Assembly (NCBI RefSeq): GCF_964204645.1
Contig: NC_134028.1
Span: 5,580,001-5,644,000, forward strand
From: Tubulanus polymorphus
Taxonomy: Eukaryota > Animalia > Nemertea
Length of the DNA: 64,000 nucleotides
Direction: 5' to 3'
Under the pieces are notes generated by a model. It saw only the letters and a list, made by a program, of their open reading frames with translations, was not told the origin of the DNA and made no database searches. Every line of letters starts with the position of its first letter. The first letter of the stretch is position 1. Of this stretch, positions 11,780 through 26,017 are shown piece by piece. Made by a program: the position numbers and the translations under genes.

Positions 11780-14700
11780 TTAAACTTTGGTAACCAACTG
11801 GTTCATATTAAGCAATAAATCCGCGTACGCCCGATTTTCGACTGATTTCTTTTTGATGCATTCCTTAACAGCATTCTACAACAACAACAAAATCAGAAAG
11901 ATAGAGTTGGAAGAAGACTTAAGAGAAAAAGAAGTCGATCTACATGTATTTCCAAACAAACGTGAATAAACGAATATTTTTATAATCCGTAGTTGCTGGC
12001 TTTCTAAGCGTTCTGAATTACTTACCACTTGTTTCATATCTACCGCCTGCCGGTTTGCGAGGCTCCAGACCTTTACAGCTAGTTTCAATGTATCCTGGTT
12101 GCTCATGTCGACATGGGCTAGCAATCGTTTGAAGAACTCAAACGCAACTGCAGTTTGTCGCGAAGATGTCTGTTCAAAAAGAAAGAATCCAATAGAGTCC
12201 AACAGTTTATGTCCATCAAACTTAAACATACACAGGGGCTCGTGTTATTTGAAGTTTGGGGCGAATAGTGGCTTAGAACATCCAATATTACAGGACTACG
12301 TATTCGTTTAATTAGTACCTGAGATACTCGATTATCTAAGCTACTATTCACCCCAAACTTCAAATACAAGCCCCTGAGAACGGAACACTGCTCTTACTCA
12401 GCAGCACGTAGACTGCAAATTTCAAAGAGCATAGCAATTGAAATTTAGTTTTAGCAAAAATTCATTGCAAAATTTGCCGACTTGTGAGCAATTTTGAGCG
12501 ATTTGTGGTCGATTGGTACCAAGTATGGCTGAGTTCGCTGTAAAAGAAGTGATTGCTACAAAAGTTGTGAGTTCATATTTTCTATCCACTGACCTCTGAG
12601 TTTTCTAACTGTGATAGTTGGTTCAGTATCGCATCGATGAGTGTTTTACAAATTTTACTGACTTCGTTGAGAAATTTAGGATCGCTGCCGTACATAGCAT
12701 CGTTAGAATCGACTGCAAGACAATTTACGCGATTAAATCGAACCCAAAATAACAGATCTAATTCAAATCGTTCTTCTACGAACCTTTGTTGACGTGATAC
12801 AGATACGTCTCTTGCGACATGGAAGAGAGCAAATTGAGAACATTCATATAGAGGATGATTTTGGAATCGCTGTTACTTTCCCACGAATAGGCATCCAATG
12901 CGTTTAACAGACCACGCAGCAAACACAACACAACCTGGTCCGGACTATCCTGTGAATGAAATATAATCAAAGAGTTGAAAAATGACTTTATATAGTATAT
13001 TTACATCTGGTAAATTCCTCGCCCCACTAAGCAGTTGAGATTTTGCCGGGGTATAAAATGTTTCCCTAGTTGACTGGGTGCAAGGCTAACAGCTAAGCAT
13101 GCACGAGAAAAAGATATCTCATATATATATATATAATTCAGCCAAAAATTCATTTAGTTTTTCATTTAGTCAATGAGATAGAGCAATAGTGCAATTACGC
13201 AATGGAAAATCTGATTGAATCCGCAAATTTTTGTGTACTGATACGGTACATCCAGTTTTTGGCAGACTCACTGCCATCAGGTTAGATTCTTTGCATAATA
13301 TGACTTACTTGTACGACTAACAGAGTGGACAGGAAGTTATTAACAAATTCAACCATTAAAGGTTCGGTTGACTTGAATTTTCCGTCGATCTCCATCGATT
13401 TCGGGATATTAGCGATGACTGATATCGCTGCCTTAAAAAACGCATCGGCTTAAAAAATACAAGTAGTTTGAACCAGTTAACGAGTTTCTTAATACATTGA
13501 ATATATGTGTGTACATATAACTGACTTTACCTTGCGATAGACATTGGTTTAACATAGCGACCTGGCCAGAATGTATGTACAAATTCAACTGACTGAACCA
13601 GCCGTGTAAAGAGGGGATTGTAATGAAACAGTAAGCGGCACATGCCTGAAAATATCAAAACAATCAGTGTTAATAAAAGACATTGATAATCTAGACTCGT
13701 TTTTCGTACCAAGTATCAGAAAACTTGGAGAGTTTACAAACTCGGTTAAATATTCACAGTTCCATAATTCAGTGGCGGAATCTACTAGAAATGCTAGTAA
13801 CTTACCCTGACGAATGCCGAAGTTTTTCTGGTATGGTTCCCGCGGACAACCTGTCTGGTATCCATCGATAGAGTATTGACGCACTGCAAGAATTGAAACA
13901 TACCGATGAAAATTCTGATGTTGAAAAATTATGATAAAAGGAAAGAGGGAAAAACTGGCTCACCTGAACGAGATGTATAAGCACCGCATCCAGGTTGGTG
14001 AAAGTCGATCGAGCTTCCATATAAAAACTCAACTGTTGTTCAAAATCTCGACCGAAAGAAATCTTCGACACAAATCCACAAATCAGCCTCGATACTGCGC
14101 GTCCTTCATCGTTAGATGTTAATGCGCTGTTGAGAAGAGAAAATAAAATATCATGTAAGAGAACCCTAGTTTAAGCCTTGTCTAAGAGCTAGATACCTGG
14201 GAAGAATTGTGCCATGTTCACACAGCTAAAGACTATAAGAGTGCAACTTACTTGATAGAATCGTGCATTGTTTTACAAATAAACATCAATGCATTGGTGA
14301 TAACTGGATCATTGGTTTGTTGCTGCTGGTGTCTGAAAACGAAATATACATGATATTTTCTTTATAAGATATCAAAATCATAAATAAAATTGTTAATGTA
14401 TCCGATAACTATTGCACCAATTAAACAGAATTCGGAAAAGATCTTTATGCGAAACCAGAAGCAGAATAGCCACACTCAAACCTGGAGAATAGGTAATATG
14501 ATAAAAACCCACTATTCAAAGAATTAAAAGCAGAGGATACAGCATTTTGATTTCTCACTAGAGATCATCGTCTATTTTCAATTTTTATTTTGGAAAAATC
14601 ATTTCGTTTTAAGATTTGTACATTGTGGGTTTTTATCATATCATCAAAAGCAGTTTCTACAATAACGATATCAACTCCTTACTTGATAAATGCGTCCATG

Positions 14701-17700
14701 ATGTTCTTACAAACTTCGACTTTGATTACATCTTTTTGAAACATGTCGATGAATGGCAAAAACTTCTCCTAAAACCAACACAGAAATATGAGAAATGTCT
14801 AACAACAATCGAATAACATCAGTCATTTGAAGAAATGAGGAATGAAATTCTTCAGAAACTTACGACAGAGAAGAGCAGGGAGAAATCATGAACGTGAACT
14901 AGAACTTTACTCATAATCGATTGAAGCTGTGAGTAGTAATCTTCGAATACACGGTCAGGCGTTAGATGTTTGATTATGTCCGATAGTATCGCGTTGATCT
15001 CTCGCTTCTGGAGAAAAAGAGAAAAACTCCAATACTCGTTACTGTGAACTGAGAAAACCGATTTCGCGACAATCTAATACGAGTAAACTTACTCCGAAAT
15101 GTTTGACGACGTATTCAATCCACACTTCAGCACAGCCGACATAATCCTGAAAATATCACAATTTATACGAGTTATCGTAGTTTATTCGTTAAAGATTGCG
15201 TCACTAGTATTTCTCATTCTACTCACCGCAGGATTTTTCAACTTCATGACGACTTTCCAAACTTCGTTCAGAACCGCTAGTTTCTGATCTTCCGGAGGAT
15301 CGGCCATTACTAAACACAAACCTAATGTGCGGTGAAGTAGATGCTGAAACAAAGGTTGAAAGCAAGAGGACTTTTATGAGTAGACATAAACAATCGAACT
15401 AAAGCACAAAGAAAATATAGACTTCTCCCTTGTCAGAAGCTCAAAGTATAGTTCTCCAGACTAGATCAAAACACGTAAAATATTCATTTGGAATTGCCCC
15501 TTCAATTATTACCTTAGGAAATCCAGTTTCCTCACAATCTTTGATCATGTTTGTAAACTGAGTCGCACGTGTCGCGATATATTCAGGCTTGAAAGCCGAC
15601 ATTATAGAGTTCAACAACAAAGCACTGAAATAACATGTAAAGAAGTAAAAGACATATCTAATGAAGCAATACATGTAGCATTAGTGCCAGGAAATCAATG
15701 AACTTTTTTAAGTAACTTTTCTAATATGATGTTTAAAGGGAACACTTTTACCTATTACACTGCTCTTTACAAGTTTGTAAGATGTTCATGAGAGTTTTCT
15801 CCGATGTGTTATGAGCTATACACTGCAACACCCAGTCTAAAGCGGGGGAGAACAACGTCATATAGTGTGGCATATCCATATTCTGCATGGCTAGTGTATT
15901 CTGTACGTTATCACTCTGGATCTAAAACACATAAATACGTATCATTCATTGTCAATTCTGATAATCTGAAAACAAATTCTACATAGTGTTCTTCAAAAAG
16001 ATCTCACAACACCTGATGGTAAGTTAGCAGAAATCCTTGGAAACAAGGCATCAAATGACCTCTAATATTAGGTGCCACATTCATCCCAACCTGCAAAGAG
16101 ATTATGTTCTCGAAATATATCGCTTAAAAATTACCACGGTAGATAGAATATACATGCAGTTAAAAGTACACATCCGCTTACAGGGATAGGAATCTGAAGT
16201 TTGAATCTTTGCATAGAACACATAGTAACAGTATTTTATCTAACAATGATGAATCATCCATGAATACAATTTCTATGTTATTGAGAAAAAAGTTATATTC
16301 AATGAGTTTCCCATTTCTGAGAAACTGATTGGTAGATTACCCGTGTAAGATAAGCCTTCGTATAAAGTGACACTAAGGGATCACCGATCCCACGCGTCAT
16401 GAGGGCCAGTCTACTCAACGCATCTGCAAACTCACTGAAACAAGCAAACAATAGATAACAAGAGTCACAGTGAGTATGTGAAAATGAAAGAGATAAAAAG
16501 CTCTTACTTGCTTGCTAGGAAACTGTAACATTTCAGTATAGCAGTTTCGACGTAGAACCGTGGAATTAGTTCTCTGATTGACGCGATCTTAAAGAACCAG
16601 TTACGACAAGTTTCCTTCGCCGATTCAGGAACTTGATCCGGTTTGAAACTCTCTGAAATAAGCCAGTAGTTTGTTACAATGAGTCTACGAGAAGTCGGAA
16701 ATAAGAAAATCTTTATTCAGCAGAAAGAAATATACGATAAAAGAGAATAGTTCAGTAATTCAAGAGCAAATTCGAGGCAGTCCCTTTACCTACCTTCTAG
16801 TGGTATTGCTACTACACATCCTTTAGGAATGTACATACTTTTCTGTCTAATTCTGTCATACACAAGTCTTCCTATAAAGGTATAAAACTTTGGAAATGAA
16901 AAAACTATCGTCTCATATAGAGATGATAAATTCACACATTTCTCACTTATCTTAGACTTACCAAATGTATCAAGAATGTCCGTAATTAGCACAAATTTAC
17001 TTGGATAAAACTGTATCACATTTGTATCACTTAACAGTTTAGCACACTAGAATAAAATTGATATCTACTATCAGAAATTGATCTTAATAGAAAAAAATCC
17101 TGACAAAGAATTATAGAAATTCTAAGATATCACTTGCATCCAAATTATTCTATACGAATGGTATAAGGAAATCTTAAAATAGGGATTGTCCTCATATTTG
17201 ATTGTTAGATATGATTTGATTAGATTTGGTGCTCGTACAAACCCACCACACCTGCCAGGAGCGAAGCAGGGGGTTTTGAAATCGGAAATACAGATAAAGT
17301 GGTATAAGAAGATCTTACTTGAATAGCGATTTTCAAAGCTTTCACACGCTGATCCTGATCCCACGCTGTGATCAGCGCCTGATTCAACTCGTCGATCCGA
17401 TGAACGTATTCCTGCTGCGATAGATTCAGCATCTCTTTCACGGATCCCTCTTCGAAATCGTCGAGTTGTTCCAGTCGGTTTTTCACCTTCTCCGTAACGG
17501 TTCCGGTTACCTGAGATTTAACCACAACTAGAAAAGAAAATTCCCAAAAAAATTCCTAAAGAATCGTCCATGAAAGAATGACATGAACAGATTTCGATTC
17601 ATTAACTCCTTACGTACCCCTGTCTTTGTCTGTTCCTAAAAAACTGGTAGTAATTGATAGCTTTTCTGAAGTTGTGTATCTGTTCAAAATACTGATACGC

Positions 17701-19099
17701 TTCGAAGACCATGGTTCGAACGTTTCGTCTAGACCTTCTACAGTTTTACTTTTCACCAATTCCTAAATGAAATTAGTCACATAACTTTCCAAAACTGATG
17801 CCCTGAATCATAATTATCAAGTCGATATAGACTCGAGTCAAACGGATGAAAGTACAGGTTGTATTTTCACCATTAAATCTATCACAAAAGTTGAATACGA
17901 GTTAAATGAAAAACTTCTTTTTTTCATAATAAAATACTTAATCGTGTTATAGTGGAATTTCTAGACAATTAGGGAAAGCACAATAATCAAAACTTTAGCA
18001 TCAGGACCAAGTTCCAGCATTAAGATTTAACCCATTGAACATCCATGAACTATTCTTATCTCAGAATCAACTCTTAACTCACAACTACGGAACTGGATCC
18101 TCAAGAGTTGTTTTCCTATACTGGGCCCTGTTCATTACCAACTGACCTACTCCATATTGGCCGTCGGCTTCCAAGGAAAATAGAACTTTATGAAACAAGA
18201 TACAATAATTACCTTGCTCGAAGAAGCTTGTTGCGCAAGACGCGTCAACGGATCAGCGGCAAACTGAGATAATGGATCGAGGCCATCTAAACTAGATAAC
18301 GGATCTGAAATCGTTGTAGTGGTAATACTACTGGAACTTCCCTTCCTCGGGGTCGACTTCTTACCAAATTCAGAAACCTAGATAATGAATATAGGCTTAT
18401 AAAAGTTAAATAGCGTCAGCATGTAGAAATTAGTATCCCTTTCTTTATGGGTTGGTGGATAACAGAGCTTTCATACTTCTGTATTACTTAATACATTAAA
18501 GGTAAGCTGTGTATACCCTGAGAGCAATTGAGATAATTGCTCGTAGGCATACCTAAGCGTTTCCGGCCTGGACCAACCTGAGCCATGCATGGCGAGGCGC
18601 AGTTTGTATCCAGTCAAATTTGGTGCAACTGAAAACTTGAATTTATGTTTATTTCTAATAATGCAGAAATAATAATGCGTTAAATGCATGCATACCACAA
18701 TGGCTTTTAAGGGATGGGTCGCAGTATCTTCTCTGGGTAGGTTACATTTTTTCGATTCTGCACTGTAATTCCTTTTCCGAGGAATCCTTCAATAGAGAAA
18801 AATAAAATCTAGAAATTTAAATGTACACCTAAGCGAATGACAAATTCTACACGAAAAAAACGACTTCGAATATGAATAAGTGAATAAATTGTATTTGCAT
18901 TTAACTTGATTAACAGAAATACGACAAATTATTGGCCGTTACCCCAAATAAATACATTTTAATATTCATTCTATTAATAGGTTGGGTTAGAATATAATAA
19001 AAATATCGGTTCGGCCTAAATTCATAAATGTTATTATTACTAAAATCGACAAATAATATAATATTTGACAGTTTAGTCGCACCAGACGTAATTCGCCAT
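11780..19099 (-). CDS. VPS35L: VPS35 endosomal protein sorting factor-like (Retriever subunit, C16orf62 ortholog), multi-exon
   Basis: N-terminus MANYVW|[11 protein letters not shown]...HPLKAIV. Diagnostic segments include [63 protein letters not shown] and [17 protein letters not shown]. The last exon ends NQLVTKV* at 11780. Confidence 0.95.
12233..12376. mobile_element. MITE in a VPS35L intron
   Basis: Terminal inverted repeats of about 47 bp: CAGGGGCTCGTGTTATTTGAAGTTTGGGGCGAATAG and CTATTCACCCCAAACTTCAAATACAAGCCCCTG. Confidence 0.7.
17167..17300 (-). mobile_element. Short dispersed repeat, copy 1 of 4
   Basis: Reverse complement of the core TTCGCTCCCGGCAGGTGTGGTGGGTTTGTAAGGGACACC, which also occurs at 26.0, 56.7 and 62.1 kb. 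Confidence 0.8.
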
Positions 19100-19329
19100 T
19101 TTGAATGTCACATGACCGGCATGTTTATTATTTATTTACGCCCACAACAAAAATATGTAGATCAAATTGCTATATTGTTATCAAACATGATAGAATTTGG
19201 AACAAAGTTATTGAAGCGTATAACAGTGGTTTCTTGGATATGATAGGATGTAATGAGATATTGTGGGATTCGAACCTCGCCCGCAAGAGGAAATAACCGT
19301 AGACTGGTTACCGGTCAGTATCTCCATAT

Positions 19330-20229
19330 TAGACTGGTTGCCGGTCTCTACCTTCAGTTAGAATTAAATTTCTAAACATTATTTTTGATATTTTGGGGTT
19401 TTGGGCGTCAATTAGACCCCCAAGGCGCCCTTGCACCGGGCAATAATTATATACTGGACTGTAGCTATTGAAAAGTTCTATCTTTTCTGAAAGTTTCAGA
19501 GACTTTTTGTATTTTTGAGACTTTTTGACCGTTTTGTATTTTACTTATTAATTTCTAAACATTATTTTTGATATTGTGAGTCTTTGGGCGTCAATTAGCC
19601 CCCAAGAAGCCCCTTGCACCGGGCAACAACTATATACTGGGCTGTAGCTCTTGTTTAGATCTATCTTCTCTGAAAGTTTCAGAGACTCTGACCGTTTTGT
19701 ATTTTACTTATTAATTTCTAAACATTATTATTGATATTTTGGGGTTTTGTGCGTCAATTAGACCCCCGAGGAGCCCTTGCACCGGGCAACAACTATAAAC
19801 TGGGCTGTAGCTCTTGTTTAGGTGTATCTTCTCTGAAAGTTTCAGAGACTTTGACCGTTTGGTATTTTACTTATTAATTTCTAAACATTTTTTTTGATAT
19901 TTTGGGGTCTTTGGGGGTCAATTAGATAAGGAGCCCTTGCACGGGGCAATAGCCATATACCGGACTGTAGCTCTAGACTAGGTCTATCCTCTCTGAAAGT
20001 TTTAGAGACATTGACCGCTTTGTATTTTATTTATGAACCTATTAATTTTTTAACAATATTTTTGTTGTTTTGGGGTCAATTTGACCCCCCCCCCCCCCAA
20101 GGAGCCCTTGCATCGGGCGAAAATTATAAACATCGGGCTGAAGCTCTTGCATAGCTCTATCTTCGATGGAAATTTCGGGAAAATTGGCCCTATTTTAGAA
20201 TGTCTCCATAGAGACCGGGAGCCAGCCAA
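19330..20229. mobile_element. Element with terminal inverted repeats carrying an internal tandem array (about 163-bp unit, about 5 units)
   Basis: Units start near 19363, 19547, 19709, 19872 and 20041 (shared GCCCTTGCACCGGGCAA...GAAAGTTTCAGAGAC). Imperfect inverted ends TAGACTGGTTGCCGGTCTCTA and TAGAGACCGGGAGCCAGCCAA. Confidence 0.65.
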
Positions 20230-20865
20230 CGTTGCCGCCGAGTCCGGTTCCGTGTCCGTACAATAACAACTACAATGAAATAAGTTGTATATTCACAATT
20301 TAATTTTAACGTAAAATATCTTTTTATTCAATTACAGTGCAAAAAATACACATTAAAAACCACTAAAGATTTATAATAAATTTGAATCGAGTGATGAAAT
20401 AAATTTGAATCGAGCGATACCGGTGTCCAGTGCTCACTTCACGACGGTCACTATATTGTTCAGCTGACTACTGACGCGTATTCAACCCGGCGGTTGAACC
20501 TTTCATAATGTAAATCCATTCAACAATAGAGACACAATTGCGGTTTTTCAGAGTTGTTGATATCATTTATACGCGCTATTGAATACGTCACCGGCTGACC
20601 ACGGTGTACGTACACAAGTATAGGCCATTCACCTCAACTTACTCACACTATGAACATGCTACCGTGGATTCTCCTCCTGGCGATCTTCGCTGCGCTCCCG
20701 CTCCTGTTCCTGCTTCCTGAGGAACGACGTCTTTATGTTTTATGTGTTACTGTTCGTCTCCGTGCTGTCCTGTACTGTTGTGTGTTAATTAATCCATTCT
20801 ATTTTTCAGGCTCTAATCCGTTTTATTTTTCAGGGCCGATTTCTCCGTCGAATTTCAATGTTTTC

Positions 20866-21110
20866 TGGAACAAAACTAATGTCCGAAAGCGTCAGCTCTC
20901 CGTCGCCGGTCACGTGTCGAGGATGTCAGACAAAGAGCCGGTCAGGAAATGGCTGCCCTCTACACGCCCTCATACGGAACACGGACACCAGGATGACGAG
21001 GCCTCACTCTCCCCACCTATCTACAGAGTGTGCTGGGTGATGTCAATGACGGGCAAGTCGGTCCGATTGCACGGGTTAAAAATGGAGTGGTAAAGCTTGA
21101 CTGTCTACTA
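20866..21110 (+). mobile_element. Degenerate non-LTR retrotransposon (RTE-like) ORF 3' end
   Basis: Frameshifted translation RKRQLSVAGHVSRMSDKEPVR..LYTPSYGTRTPG*, resembling the post-RT RxRLxxxGHxxR...GxRxxGRP region. Confidence 0.6.
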
Positions 21111-21420
21111 GTATTCATTGATTCCTTTTCAGGGATTGCTTCGGACAAAGATTTAGTCTTGTCTTCCTTTGCGTTCTAGCATTCATTGATTCCTTTTAAG
21201 GGATTGCTTCGGGCAGGGATTAATTTCCCTGTCTTCCTTTGCGTGCTAGGATTCATTGATTCACTGCGGGATCGCTTGCGTGCTAGCATTCATTGATTCC
21301 TTTTAAGGGATTGCTTCGGGCAGGGATTAATTTCCCTGTCTTCCTTTGAGTGTTAGTATTCATTGATTCCGCGTGGGTCGCTTCGGGCAGGGCTAAGTCT
21401 TGTCTTCCTTTGAGTGCTAG
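21105..21420. repeat. Degenerate tandem repeat (about 65-70 bp) between the inverted LINE fragments
   Basis: Recurring TAGCATTCATTGATTCCTTTTAAGGGATTGCTTCGGGCAGGG...TGTCTTCCTTTG. Confidence 0.75.
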
Positions 21421-21670
21421 TGCGGGCAATCCAGTTGCGCTGCCCTATTTTTGGCTTGGGCAATTTGATAGGTTTGTCAGTTACTGACGTCACCCGGCAC
21501 ACCCTGTCGGTAAATGGTGAAAGTAAGGCGTGGTCATTTTGGTTTTCGCGTTCTGTGTGAGGGCGTGTAGAGGGCAGTATATTCCTGGCTGGCTCTTTGT
21601 CTGGTGTTCTCGGCATGTGACCGGTGACGGAGAGCTGAAAAGCTTTCAGACATTAGTTTTGTTCCGTACC
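21420..21670 (-). mobile_element. Second, inverted copy of the RTE-like 3' fragment
   Basis: Its reverse complement aligns to 20866-21110 (AACAAAACTAATGTC...CAGCTCTCCGTCRCCGGTCAC...CTCTACACGCCCTCA). Translation includes ALYTPSHRTRKPK*PRLTF. Confidence 0.65.
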
Positions 21671-22249
21671 AGGTTTTCATCGCTCTTCTCTTTTTTTTCA
21701 TTTCAGGACTCCCAAGATGAAGAAGATGCTGAAGGCGACTACAACGAAGACGATGCCAAAAAAGAACACTGAACTCAGCAATATTGAAAGTTAAGTTGAT
21801 ACACACGTAAATTACGATGCGTGATACGGAAAGGATTGTGTAACTACAGAATATCATTATTTTACTCATTTCAGGTTAATCTGGAAAGGCCCATCTAAAA
21901 TCTGCCCACCAGAAGTGCCCACAAAAGACTCCACCTTGAAGTACCACCAAACACCGAAAGATCTGCCGCAACCGAACCTGGCAGTCTTGACCTCATCCTG
22001 CATGGCAACAGGAATACATACATACATAAAGCTAAGTTGATTTTTCATATCTGGGGTAGAATGCATAGGCGCTGGTCAAGCTCACCATCTCCGCACTACT
22101 TTATTGAAGCTCTGTGGCCGGTAGTAAATTGAAATTTAGCTAGGCAATGATTGGTTGAATATTTACAATATTAGACGAAATGATGAGTGAGGTCCCTTAA
22201 ATATTCTTTGGTCTCATAATTAAAATGTAGATTGGTGAGTTATTGATTA

Positions 22250-24700
22250 AAAGATTTTGTAAGTACGTACAATTAAGGTAAATTCAATATCTTATGTGAC
22301 ATTTGAAATTATTCGAATGTACCGTAGATATTTCAGGCCTCATATGACTATTGTTTAACTGACAATCAAGATATAGATAGGACAATTTACTAAGTAGCAA
22401 TCATTCAATATCTTGTGATGTTTGATGAGACATTCTTTTGGTGTAGATATTTCAAGGCCCCATATACATTTAGGCCGACTTTACTTAAAGATATAACAAT
22501 TAAACTTTATCGTCGGTTAATAGATTTTTCTTTACAAATAATATATTGATAAATTTATTACTTAACTGCCATACTTAACTGTATATACTGTGTGCTGCCT
22601 CACACATAACAGTAATGAATTTCATAAGATAGTGTCTAAGGCTCTATTGAGGTCTGGTGTTATATGGGGAAAACTATGGACTACGGGTCTTTATCAGTGA
22701 TTTGGTCTCAACACTTTGATAAATCCAGAATAAACCAAAGCTTTAATTGATTTAATTCATTCCTGAAACACTGCGTCTTGTTTTGGGCGACACATGATAA
22801 TTGTTGTTTGACTGACAATTAGCATACAGCCAGGAAAAATGGCTTAGATATTCACAATTAAGATGAATTCAATATTTGATGCTAGATCAAAAACTTTTTA
22901 TATCATAAATATTTATTGAAATATAGCTGAAATATATAATATATTTGAGCACATCTATAAGTGAATCAGTCTCATTGACTGATAAGTTCTGTATCGCCAA
23001 CTGCCGCGCTTACGACGACTAGCCATGCTTTTCATTTTTGGCAAAATTTACTCTAACCTAACTGATTCAATTAATATCTAAAAGCCATACTGTGTGTCAA
23101 GTGACACATATTAGATATAGTTTAACTGAAAATTAGAATCTAAGATGAATTACTCATTAACGTATCACTTAGATCGATTAAGGTTAATTTAATTGTTATG
23201 TGAAATTATTTCTAATTCCATGGACATTTAAAATGTAGCTGATACATGTGTATCTGAGCACATTTATTTATCTGTATCTAAGTGAACCTATGGTGTCTTC
23301 ATACAGCTGTATTAGTTTTGATACATATTGCCAAAATCATTTAACGCAGATTTACTTCCGATCAAATCTGTGCACAAATACATTCCTGGATTTGCAAGGG
23401 GGAATATTTCAATTTCACTGTGTATGTCAGATTGAAAGCCTTATTCTGACAGGATATCCTAAACTTAGGTCTTATTGCTCTTGCTAATAGCTCTCTTTTA
23501 CTAACCCCTCTCCTTGAAACTATTTTCTAGCATCATGACTCGCACCGCACCAGGGAGGTCCGGTCATAACAAGGTCTTTTGGTCCTTATACACAGTGTAC
23601 TATATAGGGAAATAAAGATTATATAGCCATTCGGCTAGGGAATTTCTAATTTACCACTAAAAATATGCTTTTTTATCTTTAATTTCTGATGAATTCAAAT
23701 AGTAACGAATTCACCACATCTGAAATTCTACTCATGTAGATTTTCAGGCTCCATATAAATATTGTTCAACTGACAATTAAAATATAGCTAGTATGATTAC
23801 TAATTAATGGTTCGCTTAGATACCTAGAATTCAATTAAAATTAATTCAATGTAATGAATATAAGTGAAACTTATTCAAAATTGCACAGTGGATGAGACGA
23901 CTGTATCGCGCAATGTCATCTGCGTCTAACTGGGCCACATGTGTGTGTGGGATCTGTTGAATCAGTTAGGTTTTGGGGATTCTGGCTTAGTTAAGCTAGG
24001 TATCAAAAGCTCTGTTGCAAAATTAGCAGTTCAAATAGTGATTAATTCAAATTCGTACCGGATCTGAAATTCTTCTCGTGTAGAAATTTCAAGCCCCATA
24101 TAAAATATTGTCCGAGACAATTTCAATTATAGCCAGGACATTATCAATTAACTAATTGATTAGGTATCTAATTCAGCATCTTCATATAAGGTAAAAGTGC
24201 TCAAATCTAAACCATAGGGGTTGATAAGACAACTGTATAATTTAATATTGATTGATATATAAAGAATACTGGGTATGTTTTAACTCTGTCTCTTGTGTGT
24301 GGGATTTATTGAATCTTTAAGGCTTTGCAGAATTCTGGATTTGTCGAGCTGTGGGAATGATTCGAGGTTTCTTAAATCTGTAGAACCATGTTACTTATAG
24401 GATCAGTGTGCTCAATGCTGGCAGCGCACCACTCTTCAGTTAGTTATATTATCATAATTACAAAATCATTGTATATATTAGGAGCAATATTTAGAATTAA
24501 TGAAATGGATTAGAATACCATTCACTGGGTACAGATGTTGCCATCTGTGGGTAGAAAACATCTCTTAAGTTTATTAACTGACGATGAAGTAAATTTGATA
24601 ATACGAACATGGTTTAGCTGACAATCGAAATATATATAGGCCAATATTACTAGCAGGTTTGCACTGTATGATGGCCCTGGGTTTCAATAAAAGACACATC
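22250..24700. repeat. Old, degenerate AT-rich repeat array
   Basis: The motif GTAGAWATTTCARG.C.CATAT...TATTGTT.AACTGACAAT recurs near 22320, 22440, 22800, 23120, 23735, 24078 and 24615. Confidence 0.55.
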
Positions 24701-25199
24701 AAGAATTTCAAGAAGATAAAACAGTTCAAAAACGATTTGATTAGATTGATTATGCATTACTAAATTTGTTGTAACTCTGGTATTCATAGAGATGACTATA
24801 GGTGCTTTAGTTGAATTGTTGTTAAACTATAATAATCAACCATTGCTTAGATATTTAGAATATAGATGAATGACTATATGAGTTGAATTTCATAAATATC
24901 ATTTAGACTATTATTAAAATCTGCGTATCGATCCACATTGCTGATCTTATATATGAATTGACATGATAATTATGATCAGTGATATTCGAAAGGCTTTTCT
25001 GCTCAAAAGGTTCTGCTCTTTTCTTCAGCTTGCCGTTTCAGACTGATTGGAAGATAGTTTGAATGAACGGGAATCAAATTTCCCAATTATGTACTTCGAT
25101 TTCAGACATACTCGAGAAAAACTACAATAAACTTGAAAAATTAGACAAATTTAAACGGTGAAAATGACAAAAAAATTAGAGTTAGACAAAATTCTCCCA

Positions 25200-25955
25200 C
25201 CTTGTAGACTTTCGGACTAGTTACATGAAAAAAAAGACCACAAAATATTGTAAAATATAGTTCTTTCCAAAATCTCGATGTATTAAATTAGGCAGAAAAA
25301 ATAGATAAAATTATTCAACCTTGTAAACTTTCGGACTAGTTACATGAAAAAAAGACCAAATATTGTAAAATATAGTCATTTCCAAAATCTCGATGTATTA
25401 AATTAGGCAGAAAAAAATAGATAAAATTATTCAACCTTGTAAACTTTCGGACTAGTTACATGAAAAAAAGACCAAATATTGTAAAATATAGTCATTTCCA
25501 AAATCTCGATGTATTAAATTAGGCAGAAAAAAATAGATAAAATTATTCAACCTTGTAAACTTTCGGACTAGTTACATGAAAAAAGACCAAATATTGTAAA
25601 ATATAGTTATTTCCAATATCTCCATGTATTAAATTAGGCAGAAAAAAAATAGATAAAATTATTCAACCTTGTAAACTTTCGGACTAGTAACATAAAAACA
25701 AGACAAAATATTGTGAAATATAGTTATTTCCAAAATCTCCATGTATTAAATTAGGCAGAAAATAGTTAACCCCAATCAGTCACTTAATATGTGCTTCGAC
25801 TTTTTAAACGGTGAAAACGACAAAAAAAAATTGAAGTTAGACGAAATTATTAAACGTTGTAAACTTTCGGACTAGTTACATAAAAAAGACCAAATATTGT
25901 AAAATTATCTTCAACCTTGTAATATAGTTATTTCCAAAATCAGAATTAGGCAGAA
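25200..25955. repeat. Tandem repeat, about 116-bp unit, about 5.5 copies
   Basis: CCTTGTAAACTTTCGGACTAGTTACATG... at about 25200, 25319, 25435, 25551 and 25667, with a partial copy near 25856. Confidence 0.9.
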
Positions 25956-26017
25956 TAAAAGATTGTTTGAATGAACTGGAACCGAATTACCAATTATGTT
26001 CTTGGACTTAAAATAAA

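Noticed and set aside
19265-19295. tRNA-Leu-like 3' half on the minus strand (GGTTCGAATCCCAC)
   Set aside because: Only a T-arm-like fragment with no matching 5' half; probably a SINE remnant.
20650-21093. 147-aa ORF with a hydrophobic N-terminus as a secreted protein
   Set aside because: It is a chimera of low-complexity sequence, a short local duplication and a frameshifted LINE fragment.
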